Shown piece after piece: positions 10,028 to 20,036 of a stretch of DNA of 64,000 nucleotides. A program made the translations under genes and the position numbers. The notes under the pieces are model-generated. The model was given only the letters and a program-made list of their open reading frames with translations. It was not told where the DNA came from and did not search any database. This DNA comes from Alphaproteobacteria bacterium (GTDB lineage Bacteria > Pseudomonadota > Alphaproteobacteria > SP197), in contig OZ219746.1 of assembly GCA_964291265.2 (NCBI GenBank), positions 96,001 through 160,000 on the forward strand, given 5' to 3'. The stretch's first letter is position 1. Each line of letters opens with the position of its first letter.

Positions 10028-11506
10028 TCACCCCTTGTTAGGGTCTGGTTGTCCGTAGTGTTGGTTGAGGATGTCTACGGCCTTTCCGTCGAGGGCGATG
10101 TGGATGGCGACGTGAGGGTTGTAGCCGAGTGCGTCCATGGTGGTGAGGTAGCTTGAGCCGCGGCACCATGCTTTGGCGTGGGGCATGGTGCGGAAACATC
10201 CGGACACCTTGATCTTGACCTTTGTCATCCTGATCTTCTGCTCTCCGGTATTGTTGGTGAAACTGACGTTGGGGTCCTTCATGAAGCGCAGGACGGACTT
10301 CTCGTGTTTCACGAGACGTTCATGCAGGTTGTGCGCGTCGGACTTTGCGATGCGTCCACGTTTTCCTTTCGTCCGTGGCGGGATGTCGGGCAGTTCCTTG
10401 GCGCCCTGGGTGAGGATGGTGCGGTAGCGCTTGCGCACGGCCCGGCGGTCGGCCTCGTTCAAGGTCTTGGATGCGCTCTTGTTGACCCTGCGGGAGACCT
10501 CGCGCAGCAGGCTTTTCATCAGTCGCGCCCAGCGGTAGCCGTTGGACTCGACGACGAAGGTCAGTTCGCGCAGGAGATGGCTGCCGCACAGTTGGTGGCG
10601 GCATTGATCGTAGCCCATGTAGGCAGCCCAGCAGTCGTGGATCAGGACGCCCTTGTAGCGCGGGATGATGCCGATCTCTTCGATCGCCTCCCGGCCGCGC
10701 TTGGGGTGCGGGAACTTGCACGTCAGGGTGCCGTCGGTGACGACATGGAGCCATTGGGTCTTGCCGGCGACCCGGAAGCCGGTCTCGTCGACATGCAGGG
10801 CCGGTTGTTGCAGGAGATGGGCCACGGCGGCCTCCTCCCATGATGCGAGGGCATCGTGAAAGCGCCGGACATAGCCGAGGCAGGTCGCCTCGGAGAGCTT
10901 GATGCCGGAGATCGCGTGCACGAGCGAGACGGCACGACGCAGGGACAGCATCTGGGCGATCAGCAGGTTGATGACGAGGGCCTGGATGCTGACGCCGTAC
11001 TGCAGGGGGCCCGGCATGTTGTCTGGGAACCGGCCCTTGGTCCGGGCCCGGCACTTCGGGCATTCCTTGATCTCGGCTTCGACGCGGCGCTCGACGACTT
11101 CGAACACGATGTCGTAGAGGACGCGGCACTCCCGGTCGACGGGGTCGACATCGTGGAGGTCGGCGCCGCAGGCGTCGCAGGCATCGACGACGATCGTCTC
11201 CTCGATGGTGGTCGTGCGCAGGTTGTCGCCCGTCTGCTGGTTCGGTTTCGGGCCCTTGCCGTTGCTCCCGGTGCGCCTCGCGCTCTCGTCCTTGTCAGTC
11301 TGCGATGGCGGCAGACCGGAGTTCCGGCTTGTCTTACGTGTGATCTTCTCCATGAGCACGGTCAGCAACAGCTTTATCAGCATCAGCATGCCGCGGAAGA
11401 GCTCCTCGCACTCCTGGCTGACCTTGCCCTGCTTGCGGAGATCCTGGAACTGCTTCTGGAAGATGTCGGCCTCCTGGCGCACAGACGTGCCGTTCACGCT
11501 CGCCAT
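10028..11506 (-). CDS. IS66-family transposase (single-ORF type), intact, 492 aa
   Basis: Start MASVNG after a GGAGG RBS; SRNSGLPPS, CxxC...CxxC zinc finger, DDE motifs. Confidence 0.92.
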   Translation of the reverse strand: MASVNGTSVRQEADIFQKQFQDLRKQGKVSQECEELFRGMLMLIKLLLTVLMEKITRKTSRNSGLPPSQTDKDESARRTGSNGKGPKPNQQTGDNLRTTTIEETIVVDACDACGADLHDVDPVDRECRVLYDIVFEVVERRVEAEIKECPKCRARTKGRFPDNMPGPLQYGVSIQALVINLLIAQMLSLRRAVSLVHAISGIKLSEATCLGYVRRFHDALASWEEAAVAHLLQQPALHVDETGFRVAGKTQWLHVVTDGTLTCKFPHPKRGREAIEEIGIIPRYKGVLIHDCWAAYMGYDQCRHQLCGSHLLRELTFVVESNGYRWARLMKSLLREVSRRVNKSASKTLNEADRRAVRKRYRTILTQGAKELPDIPPRTKGKRGRIAKSDAHNLHERLVKHEKSVLRFMKDPNVSFTNNTGEQKIRMTKVKIKVSGCFRTMPHAKAWCRGSSYLTTMDALGYNPHVAIHIALDGKAVDILNQHYGQPDPNKG

Positions 11507-12171
11507 GACGACGCCTCCACCGCCATGACTGCCGCCAGCACGGCGAGCCGCTCGCCTTCGGGCATCGTCCGGTAGCGCCGCGCCCAGCTCTCTGCGAGGC
11601 GCTTGATGCGCTGGCGGTCGATCGAGTTCCTGCCCGCACACGTATGCCAGTGCGGTCGGCCCGGTGCGAAGTTGAACCACAGCTTCTCGGTGACAACGCA
11701 GGCCTGGTTGTTGACCTGGACCTCGGCCGAGCGCCAGCCGGCGAGGTGCGTGTCGTAGAGCCGCGAGGGATAGCCGGAGATCATCACCTGGCAGGGCAGC
11801 GACGTCAGGATGTCGAGGAGCGCAACATGGTCATCGTCCGTGCAGTCGAAGCGGTAGCGGCGCTGCGACCGGCGCGTCGACTGCACGTAAGGCGGGTCGC
11901 AGTAGACCAGCTCGCGGCCCTGGAAGGCGAAGGTCTCGAGAAAACGCAGGGCGCAGCCTTGGTGAAGCTCCACCGGATAGTCACAGCGGAAGGTGTCGAT
12001 CGCCCGGCGGTTGAGGTCAATGCCGATGCTGCGCAGCGCCGGTGGCTTGCGCTTCATGATCGCGCCGCCCCCAAGGAACGCCTCGATGTACACGTCATGC
12101 GGCGGCATGGCCGCGACGATCGCCTGGCTCAGACCCGTCGTCGCCTTCGATCCATACCATGCCGCCATCAA
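11494..12171 (-). CDS. DNA adenine methyltransferase, second copy
   Basis: Nearly identical to 8913-9590; DPPY motif. Confidence 0.88.
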   Translation of the reverse strand: MMAAWYGSKATTGLSQAIVAAMPPHDVYIEAFLGGGAIMKRKPPALRSIGIDLNRRAIDTFRCDYPVELHQGCALRFLETFAFQGRELVYCDPPYVQSTRRSQRRYRFDCTDDDHVALLDILTSLPCQVMISGYPSRLYDTHLAGWRSAEVQVNNQACVVTEKLWFNFAPGRPHWHTCAGRNSIDRQRIKRLAESWARRYRTMPEGERLAVLAAVMAVEASSWRA

Positions 12172-13789
12172 TATCTCCGACGCAAACCGCCCCGATGGCC
12201 AGCATGTAGAGTGCCCCTCCTACAATGTCAAGCGCATATCTCCAGAGGATTGGAAAGGCAGCCAACCGCTGTGGATGATTGCATCATCACGGGGACAAAA
12301 CCTGGCCATATAAGGCCGGAACGTGGAGCTGAAGACGAAGATCGATCCGCTTCTTGTCAGTCGGAACACGCACATCCGATCATCGGAAGCGAGCAAGTGA
12401 AGGCGGCAAGAGACAATGCCGGATTCGAACCCGTCAGGAAAAACGATCCGTCATCAGTAGGGGGTGAGTAGTTACGATCAAGGAATGTCCGAAGTGCCGG
12501 GCCCGGACCAAGGGCCGGTTCCCAGACAACATGCCGGGCCCCCTGCAGTACGGCGTCAGCATCCAGGCCCTCGTCATCAACCTGCTGATCGCCCAGATGC
12601 TGTCCCTGCGTCGTGCCGTCTCGCTCGTGCACGCGATCTCCGGCATCAAGCTCTCCGAGGCGACCTGCCTCGGCTATGTCCGGCGCTTTCACGATGCCCT
12701 CGCATCATGGGAGGAGGCCGCCGTGGCCCATCTCCTGCAACAACCGGCCCTGCATGTCGACGAGACCGGCTTCCGGGTCGCCGGCAAGACCCAATGGCTC
12801 CATGTCGTCACCGACGGCACCCTGACGTGCAAGTTCCCGCACCCCAAGCGCGGCCGGGAGGCGATCGAAGAGATCGGCATCATCCCGCGCTACAAGGGCG
12901 TCCTGATCCACGACTGCTGGGCTGCCTACATGGGCTACGATCAATGCCGCCACCAACTGTGCGGCAGCCATCTCCTGCGCGAACTGACCTTCGTCGTCGA
13001 GTCCAACGGCTACCGCTGGGCGCGACTGATGAAAAGCCTGCTGCGCGAGGTCTCCCGCAGGGTCAACAAGAGCGCATCCAAGACCTTGAACGAGGCCGAC
13101 CGCCGGGCCGTGCGCAAGCGCTACCGCACCATCCTCACCCAGGGCGCCAAGGAACTGCCCGACATCCCGCCACGGACGAAAGGAAAACGGGGACGCATCG
13201 CAAAGTCCGACGCGCACAACCTGCATGAACGTCTCGTGAAACACGAGAAGTCCGTCCTGCGCTTCATGAAGGACCCCAATGTCAGTTTCACAAATAATAC
13301 CGGAGAGCAGAAGATCAGGATGACAAAGGTCAAGATCAAGGTGTCCGGATGTTTCCGCACCATGCCCCACGCCAAAGCATGGTGCCGCGGCTCAAGCTAC
13401 CTCACCACCATGGACGCACTCGGCTACAACCCTCACGTCGCCATCCACATCGCCCTCGACGGAAAGGCCGTAGACATCCTCAACCAGCACTACGGACAAC
13501 CAGACCCTAACAAGGGGTGAGTAGTTACGAACTACGAGGATCTTCGTGTTGTTACGCAGACGCCACGGTTGCTCGTGGTGCTGGAGCTTCCCGAAGACGA
13601 AGCGCACTGGATGTCGGTGACTGAGGATGCTCTCATTCTGCGATATCGCGCGTACTGGCTGAGCTTGCAACGGGGCCATGATGACGTCACCGGTCGGAAG
13701 ACCGTCACGGTTCATGTCCCTGAACGCAACATACTCGATGTTGAGACCCTACAAGAGCTCATGGAGCAATCCAGGACGGGAGAACTCTG

Positions 13790-14935
13790 ATGCAGGTCAG
13801 CATTCAAGACCGTGACGCCTTGCTGGCGATTTCGCCGGCGGCGTTGTCCGCCTACGCTCGATGCGCGGGTTGGAGCCGCGGTGATTCGTACCGCGAGCAC
13901 TCGGAAATCTATGTTGGCGAAGCGCTGCCGGAAATCGTCTTGCCGCTCAACACGAGCCTCGGAGATTATGCGAGTGCGGTGGTGGCATTGATCGAGACCT
14001 TCGCGCAGGTCGCTGATCAGGACGCGTTGACCGTGTACCGTGCGCTGACGACAGCGGACCGGGATGCGATTCGTGTTCGGGCGGCGGAGAGCGATGAAGG
14101 CAGCCTGGGACTGAACGACGGCGTGGCCCTGATTGAAGGCGCCAGCGCCATGGTGCTGGCGGCGGCGTGCTCGCTTCAGGACCCGCGGCCGGTGTACCGC
14201 GCTGGCGCGAACCGGGAGGCGGCAGACATGCTGCAGCAGATGCGGCTTGGGCAGACGGAGCAAGGCAGCTTCGTTGTGACGTTGCTCACACCGCCTGTGC
14301 CACCCCCCATGTCGACGCTGTTCGACGATGAGGCCACGGGTGACCATAATGCGCCGATCTTTCGTCGGATGACGAAACGGCTTGTCGAGGCGCTGGCCGC
14401 GGTGCGGCGGGCGGCGGAGCGGGCGGGTTCCGGCGATGGCAGCGCCTTCGCAGAGTCAGTGGCCAGCGGGGTGAGCGCCAATCTGTGCGAGGCATTGATC
14501 AAGATCATCGCACCGTTCCCGAGGCTGGATATCAGCGTCTTGTGGGCGCGGACGCGGCCGGTGAAGAGGGCGTCACCACCGGTTTCCTGGTTCGGGCTGG
14601 CGGATGTCGCATTGCTGGACGAGGCCGCCCGATCCCTGCGGGAGCGTGCGCCGAAGCCCGACATGCATCTCCATGGCTTCATTCGCATCCTGGAACGCAC
14701 AGAGGAAGAGGCAGATGGGACAATCAGGTTCCGCGCCGAAGTAGACGGAAAATGGCAGTCGGTCGCGGCGGTTCTGGAACAGGCCGATTACGAGCGCGCG
14801 GTTCAGGCCCACAAGGACCGGGCACCGGTCATACTCAAGGGTGACCTCGAGCGCACAGGTCAGCGATGGAAGCTGCTGAACCCCCAACTGGAGAGTGTCC
14901 TGCGCGATGATGAAGAGGACCCGGAGTATGGTTGA
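13790..14935 (+). CDS. Hypothetical protein (381 aa) translationally coupled to the DUF4365-like gene
   Basis: TGATG stop/start overlap at 13788-13792; long ORF with no motif I can assign. Confidence 0.75.
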   Translation: MQVSIQDRDALLAISPAALSAYARCAGWSRGDSYREHSEIYVGEALPEIVLPLNTSLGDYASAVVALIETFAQVADQDALTVYRALTTADRDAIRVRAAESDEGSLGLNDGVALIEGASAMVLAAACSLQDPRPVYRAGANREAADMLQQMRLGQTEQGSFVVTLLTPPVPPPMSTLFDDEATGDHNAPIFRRMTKRLVEALAAVRRAAERAGSGDGSAFAESVASGVSANLCEALIKIIAPFPRLDISVLWARTRPVKRASPPVSWFGLADVALLDEAARSLRERAPKPDMHLHGFIRILERTEEEADGTIRFRAEVDGKWQSVAAVLEQADYERAVQAHKDRAPVILKGDLERTGQRWKLLNPQLESVLRDDEEDPEYG

Positions 14936-15291
14936 GCTCGCCGGCGATACTGACGCGGCCGTTTCCGAGAGGTGGTGCCTTCTCCGGGAATATGACGAGA
15001 ACCAACGGAAAGGCCGTCCGGCGTGAAACCGGCTTAGCGGTGCGATCGAGTATCTGAAACGCGCTCTCGTGGCGAGAAGCGAGGCATCGCCGCTATCCGG
15101 AAACCGGCGAGACGGTACCTTGGATGCTATCGTCGATAACATCGAGCAACCCATGGCCGGCGAACCGCTCTTTCACAGTTGTGAGGAGAAACCGTAACTG
15201 ATGCCCGCCCCAGCAGGGCCTATCTTTTGTCCGCTTTCGTCCGGCAAGGGGCGATGCAGGCAGATCTGGGTGCGCCAGGGATTGGACTGCG

Positions 15292-15834
15292 TTGTCGATA
15301 TGCCGGTTCCGACCTCGAGAAGGCGCCACCGACTTCAAGAACGGTCACTCTGCCGCGGTGGTCCGCCGCCGATCGCGACAAGAGAATGCTCCTGCCCGTC
15401 CCAGAAACAGAAGCAATTCTTGATGTACTCTGCGCGCCGGTCGAGCCGGACCGGCACGGACGCCGTTTCCGCTGCCGGACCGCCTTCCGCGAAGCGCGCG
15501 AACAACTCCCGGTAGTGGAGTACGGCGGGCCCGAGCGCCACGGCTGCCTCCGCGGCTTCCGACGGACCAGCCGGGGGCCGCACCGCCTCGGCTGCGATGA
15601 CGGCCTCGTCGCGCGGCCGCACCTCCATCGGATAAGTGCCGAGATGGAACGGCCGGTTCTTCGATGCGCGGTGGAACAGCATGGCCCCGCCGCCCGCCCG
15701 GCTGTCAACCGTAACGCTTGGCGGTCACGATGTCAGGACCATGCTGTTGTCGCGATCGGCGGTGGATTACCGGGTCAGAGGCCGTTCTTGAAGTGGGTGG
15801 CGCCTTCTCGAGGTCGGAACCGGCATATCGACAA
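15292..15834. repeat. ~100-bp imperfect inverted repeat pair (arms ~15292-15394 and ~15734-15834)
   Basis: TTGTCGATATGCCGGTTCCGACCTCGAGAAGGCGCCACC...TTCAAGAACGG...CCGCCGATCGCGACAA occurs once on each strand. Confidence 0.85.
15335..15682 (-). pseudogene. Truncated N-terminal fragment resembling a catabolic reductive dehalogenase
   Basis: N-terminus MLFHRASKNRPFHLGTYPME resembles the RPxHLGxxP start of catabolic RdhA-type proteins; ORF runs into the repeat arm. Confidence 0.45.
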
Positions 15835-15944
15835 TGAAAACCGGTCCCTTGTGCCTGATCGGCGCTGAAACTTCGGTTTGGTGCTCCGGCTGTCACCAAC
15901 CGGATTCTTGCCGGCAGGACCGCTTGGCGGTGTCATGCAGGCCT

Positions 15945-17096
15945 TCAGGCCTCGCGGCGGCAGCGGATGATGGCTTGCGCGAGGCGATCGTTGGCGAAGG
16001 CGATATCGTCAGACGTGGTGAAGCGGCCGATGCCGAGGCGGATGGACGAGGCGGCCTGTTCGGGCGTGAGGCCGATGGCGCGCAGCACGTAGGAGGGTTC
16101 GACCACGGCGGACGTGCAGGCCGAACCGGTGGAGAAGGCGAGTTCGGGAACACGTGTCATCAGCTCTCCGGCATCCACGCCCTCGATGGCGAGACTGAGG
16201 TTGCCGGGCAGGCGCCTGTCGAGCGGCGGTCCGTTGAGGGAAACGCCGGGGAGACCGTCCATGAGGGCGTGTGCGAAGGCTCTCAGTCTTGCCGCTTCCC
16301 TTTCCCGGCCGGCGGCGGCAAGGTCCGCGGCCTTGCCGAAGCCTATGGCCAGGGGTGCCGGCACGGTGCCCGAACGCAGGGTCCGTTCCTGGCCGCCACC
16401 GGAAAACAGAGGTTCGATGCGCGCCCGCGGCCGGCGGCGCACGTAGAGGATGCCGATGCCCTTCGGTCCGTAGACCTTGTGGCCGGAGAGACTCATCAGA
16501 TCGATGGCGGCAGCGTCGACATCGAGCGGAGTCCGTCCGGCGGCCTGGGTCGCATCGCAGTGAAAGAGGGCGCCGCAGGCGCGGGTCATGGCGCCGATGT
16601 CGGCGAGGGGCTGCAGGGTGCCGATTTCGTTGTTCGCCGCCATCACCGACACCAGGATGACGTCCTCGCCGAGTGCGCTCCGGAGGCGTTCGGTCTCCAC
16701 CGTGCCATCGGTTCCGACCGGCAGCACGTCCGCAGCGAACCCTTCTGCCGCAAGCACCTTCACGCTTTCGAGAACACACTTGTGCTCGCTTGCCACGGTG
16801 ACGATCCGGTTGCGGCGTCCCCTCATTCTCCTTTCGAACCGGGCTGCGCCCTTGATCGCCAGGTTGTTCGACTCCGTGGCGCCGGAGGTGAAGATGATCT
16901 CCCGCGCATCGGCGCCGACGAGACGGGCGATGGACCGGCGCGCCTCCTCGACGGCCGCAGCGGCATCCGTCCCGAACGTGTGGTTGACCGAGTGGGGATT
17001 GCCGAACTGCTCGCGGAACCAGGGCATCATGACATCGACGACCAGGGGGTCCACCGGGGTGGTGGCATTGCAGTCGAGGTAGAGCGGCGTCATCAC
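15945..17096 (-). CDS. iscS: Cysteine desulfurase
   Basis: YLDCNATTP, FTSGATESNN, SGHKVYGPKGIG, STGSACTS. Confidence 0.92.
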   Translation of the reverse strand: MMTPLYLDCNATTPVDPLVVDVMMPWFREQFGNPHSVNHTFGTDAAAAVEEARRSIARLVGADAREIIFTSGATESNNLAIKGAARFERRMRGRRNRIVTVASEHKCVLESVKVLAAEGFAADVLPVGTDGTVETERLRSALGEDVILVSVMAANNEIGTLQPLADIGAMTRACGALFHCDATQAAGRTPLDVDAAAIDLMSLSGHKVYGPKGIGILYVRRRPRARIEPLFSGGGQERTLRSGTVPAPLAIGFGKAADLAAAGREREAARLRAFAHALMDGLPGVSLNGPPLDRRLPGNLSLAIEGVDAGELMTRVPELAFSTGSACTSAVVEPSYVLRAIGLTPEQAASSIRLGIGRFTTSDDIAFANDRLAQAIIRCRREA

Positions 17097-18610
17097 ACCG
17101 TCTTCCGCTGCATCCGGTGGCGGGCATCCGCCGCCTTCCAGGCCCTCACCGCGGCATCGCAGTCTTCAGGCGTACTCGACCACCCGAGGCTGAGGCGCAC
17201 CGCGTGGCGGCTGAGCGATGGAAACCCCATGGCCTCGATGACGGACGAAGGTTCCATCCTGCCGGAGGAGCAGGCGGACCCGGCGCTGATCGCAACACGG
17301 TCCAGATCGAAGCTCATCACCATGGTCTCGGCATCGATGCAGGGGTGGGCGATGGCCAGTGTGTTGTCGAGGCGTCCGACTCCTGCCGAGAAGACCACGG
17401 CGTCTGGCACCGCGTCCAGCATGCGCGCCTCCATGTCGTCGCGAAGCAGCCGAAGGTGCGCCGTGTCGTCGCCGCAAGCGGCAGTCACGGCCGCACCGAA
17501 GGCGGCAATGGCAGCGAGCGACTCGGTGCCGGCGCGCAACCCATACTCCTGGCCACCACCCCGTGAACGGGCGGCAAGGGGAACGCCGTCCCGCACGATC
17601 AGCGCTCCGGCTCCGCTCATGCCACCGAACTTGTGCGCCGAAACACTGACCAGGTCCGCCTCCTGCCAGGCGCCGCAGTAACGCCCGGCGGCCTGTACGG
17701 CATCACAGTGAACCAGGGCGCCGTGCTGTCTGGCGAAATGCATGACGTCCGTCAGGGGCTGCACGACTCCGGTTTCGTTGTTGGCTGCCATCACCGAGAC
17801 CACGGCCGGACCGCCGCCACGGGCAAGCTCGGCCTCCAGGACTTCCAGGTCGACACGGCCATGGCGGTCGACGGGAATGGTGACGGCGCTCGGGACGGCC
17901 TTCACCACCGACGGGTGCTCGACGGCCGAGACCAGGACGCGCCTGCGGTCCGGGCCGAGGAGCGCCAGGTTGTTGGCTTCCGTTCCACCCGAGGTGAAGA
18001 CCACCTCGAGGGGACTGCATCCGACGCATGACGCCACGATCTCGCGGGCGTCCTCGATGAGCGATCGGGCCCGGCGGCCGTGGCGGTGAACCGATGAGGC
18101 GTTGCCGGCACACGCCATCGCCCGGGAAGCCGCCCTGCGTGCTTCCGTGCGCAAGGGTGAGGTGGCGTTGTGGTCGAGATAGTGGGTCGCGGCAGGCCGC
18201 GGCCCCCGGCACACGTCCTCGAGGGTGACGCCGTCAAGGTAGGCCTCGATGTGATCACCGAGTCCGGCCCACAGGCCGTGGGTGAGGCAGCGGGTGCGGT
18301 TCGCCATGCAGCCTCTTGAGGAGCCATCGCTGCGGCACCGCGTGACCTGCGTCGGTTCGTCCACTGCTGCCACGACATCCATGATCGAGATGCGATGGGC
18401 AGGACGGGCGAGCAGGTATCCTCCACCGGGTCCGCGGATGCTGCTGACAAGTCCGTGACGGCGCAGCGGGGCGAACAGCTGTTCGAGGTAGGAGAGCGGG
18501 ATTTCCTGCCGGTGCGAGACGTCCGCAAGACGAACGGGGCGCACCCCGTCATTGAGGCCGAGGTCGACCATGGCCATCACGGCATAGCGTCCCCGGGTCC
18601 CGAGCTTCAT
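17093..18610 (-). CDS. Rrf2/IscR regulator fused to a cysteine desulfurase (505 aa)
   Basis: [11 protein letters not shown]...SYLEQLF...RGPGGGY...C-C-C-H runs in frame into YLDHNATSP...SAHKFGG...SAGSACSS. Confidence 0.88.
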   Translation of the reverse strand: MKLGTRGRYAVMAMVDLGLNDGVRPVRLADVSHRQEIPLSYLEQLFAPLRRHGLVSSIRGPGGGYLLARPAHRISIMDVVAAVDEPTQVTRCRSDGSSRGCMANRTRCLTHGLWAGLGDHIEAYLDGVTLEDVCRGPRPAATHYLDHNATSPLRTEARRAASRAMACAGNASSVHRHGRRARSLIEDAREIVASCVGCSPLEVVFTSGGTEANNLALLGPDRRRVLVSAVEHPSVVKAVPSAVTIPVDRHGRVDLEVLEAELARGGGPAVVSVMAANNETGVVQPLTDVMHFARQHGALVHCDAVQAAGRYCGAWQEADLVSVSAHKFGGMSGAGALIVRDGVPLAARSRGGGQEYGLRAGTESLAAIAAFGAAVTAACGDDTAHLRLLRDDMEARMLDAVPDAVVFSAGVGRLDNTLAIAHPCIDAETMVMSFDLDRVAISAGSACSSGRMEPSSVIEAMGFPSLSRHAVRLSLGWSSTPEDCDAAVRAWKAADARHRMQRKTV

Positions 18611-19350
18611 GCGGCGTCGGCCCCTGCGTTGCCGTCGTCGCCGGCTGCTTGCGGAGTTTCGCGAGGGAGGCGCTGCTCCCCGGTGCCGGCAGGGGCGCTC
18701 GGGTCCTCGATGCGGACAAGGCGGGACTCGAGGTCGTCGATGTGGTCGAGAACGCTGGTCAGCGCCTTGCTGACCGGGTCGGGCATGTCGGCCGAAGAGA
18801 CGCCGTAGGCGGCGAAGAACGAGTCGCGCTTCTGTGCGCCGGACTCGACGGCGCGCGCCGGAATGCCGACAACCGTGGTCCCTGGAGCGACGTCCTTGAC
18901 GACAACGGCATTGGAGCCGACCAGAGCGCCCTTGCCGATGATGACGGGTCCGAGAATCTTGGCGCCGGCGCCAACGACGACATGGTCGGCCAGGGTTGGG
19001 TGACGCTTGCCCTGGTTCCAGGTCGTCCCGCCGAGCGTCACGCCGTGGTAGAGCGTGACTTCGTCGCCGATTTCGGACGTCTCGCCGATCACCACGCCCA
19101 TGCCGTGGTCGATGAAGAATCCGCGCCCGATGGTGGCGCCCGGATGGATCTCGATACCGCTGAGGAATCGGCCGACATGGGAGATGAAGCGTCCGGGCAG
19201 CTTGAAGCCGCGGATCCACAGCCAGTGGCTGATCCTGTAGAACGCGAGAGCGTGGAAACCGGGATAGCACAGAACCACTTCCAGGAGAGTGCGCACGGCG
19301 GGGTCGCGCCCGAAGGGTGCGCGCATGTCCTGTCTGAGGGTCTTGAACAT
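18607..19350 (-). CDS. cysE: Serine O-acetyltransferase
   Basis: [32 protein letters not shown] hexapeptide repeats. Confidence 0.95.
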   Translation of the reverse strand: MFKTLRQDMRAPFGRDPAVRTLLEVVLCYPGFHALAFYRISHWLWIRGFKLPGRFISHVGRFLSGIEIHPGATIGRGFFIDHGMGVVIGETSEIGDEVTLYHGVTLGGTTWNQGKRHPTLADHVVVGAGAKILGPVIIGKGALVGSNAVVVKDVAPGTTVVGIPARAVESGAQKRDSFFAAYGVSSADMPDPVSKALTSVLDHIDDLESRLVRIEDPSAPAGTGEQRLPRETPQAAGDDGNAGADAA

Positions 19351-19408
19351 GATGCCTTCCAGCCATCCGTTTCGGTGACGGCGATTGATACCCGTCATTC
19401 AGACATAG

Positions 19409-19433
19409 ATATCCGACTTCAGGCGTCAAGTAT
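19409..19433 (-). promoter_or_regulatory. IscR type-1-like operator overlapping a -35 element upstream of cysE
   Basis: Minus strand ATACTTGACGCCTGAAGTCGGATAT resembles the 25-bp ATASYYGACT-n5-AGTCRRSTAT palindrome. Confidence 0.65.
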
Positions 19434-19464
19434 TGCCGTTTCGCCGCAACAGCAAGAGAACCTG

Positions 19465-20036
19465 ATGTCTGAACTCTTCATCTCCGGTCCCCGGGGGAGG
19501 CTGGAGGCACGTCATGCCGCCTTGGCCGATCCCTCCTCTCCGGTGGCCGTCGTCCTTCATCCCCGTCCGCTTCATGGCGGCACCATGAACAACAAGGTGG
19601 TCCTCATCCGCAGCCTCGTCGAGGCGGGATGCCACGCGGTTCGTTCCAGTTTCCGGGTGTCGGGCGCAGTTGCGGAGAGCACCTCGGTGGTGACGGAGAG
19701 GTCAAGGACGCACCGCCGGCATCCGCAATCGTCGACGACGCGGATCGCCGGACTTTCCCCTGGAGCCTGATGACGCGTTCCGACATCGACCGGTTCGTGC
19801 TGGCGGCTCCCGGCGCAACCACGCGTGACTGGTCGTTCCTCGATCAGACCCCCGCAGACGGTCTCGTCGTCCAGGTCGGTGCCGATTCCGGTGACGTGGC
19901 GACACTGACCGGGAACCAGGCTTCTCTCTCGCGGTCGCTGCATTTCGAGGTGATCGAAGGCGCAGGACACGTCTTCGAAAACGACCTGAAAACGGTGCGG
20001 GAACTCGACCGGAACTACGCCCGCCGGGCGCGATGA
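19465..20036 (+). pseudogene. Alpha/beta hydrolase divergent from cysE, frameshifted with internal deletion
   Basis: MSELFISGPRGRLEAR...LHPRPLHGGTMNNKVV, then a frame change to ...VIEGAGHVF. Confidence 0.7.

Larger units (their letters stand above)
10020..12475 (-). mobile_element. Inner IS66-family element (2456 bp), inverted relative to the outer copy
   Basis: Same TIRs as the outer copy; 8-bp TSD GATCAAGG at 10012-10019 and 12476-12483. Confidence 0.95.
9578..13520 (+). pseudogene. IS66 transposase interrupted by the nested copy; parts 9578-10019 and 12484-13520
   Basis: The two parts sum to 1479 nt, equal to the intact inner transposase; LHVDETG, HDCW, CGSHLLREL, FTNNTGEQKIR. Confidence 0.92.
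8609..13528 (+). mobile_element. Outer IS66-family element (2456 bp without the nested copy) with passenger DNA methyltransferase
   Basis: TIRs GTAACTACTCACCCC / GGGGTGAGTAGTTAC; 8-bp TSD GAACTACG at 8601-8608 and 13529-13536. Confidence 0.95.
8362..13790 (+). pseudogene. DUF4365-like (PD-(D/E)xK) gene split by nested IS66 elements; parts 8362-8608 and 13537-13790
   Basis: Removing the IS and one TSD copy restores a 166-aa ORF (...DSVDL...LELQLKAT...LKNYEDLRVVTQTPRLLVVLELP...AYWLSL). Confidence 0.8.

Noticed and set aside
18611-19429. N-terminal extension of the 778-aa ORF 17093-19429
   Set aside because: It is an alternative frame of cysE; the real gene starts at MKLGTRG (18610).
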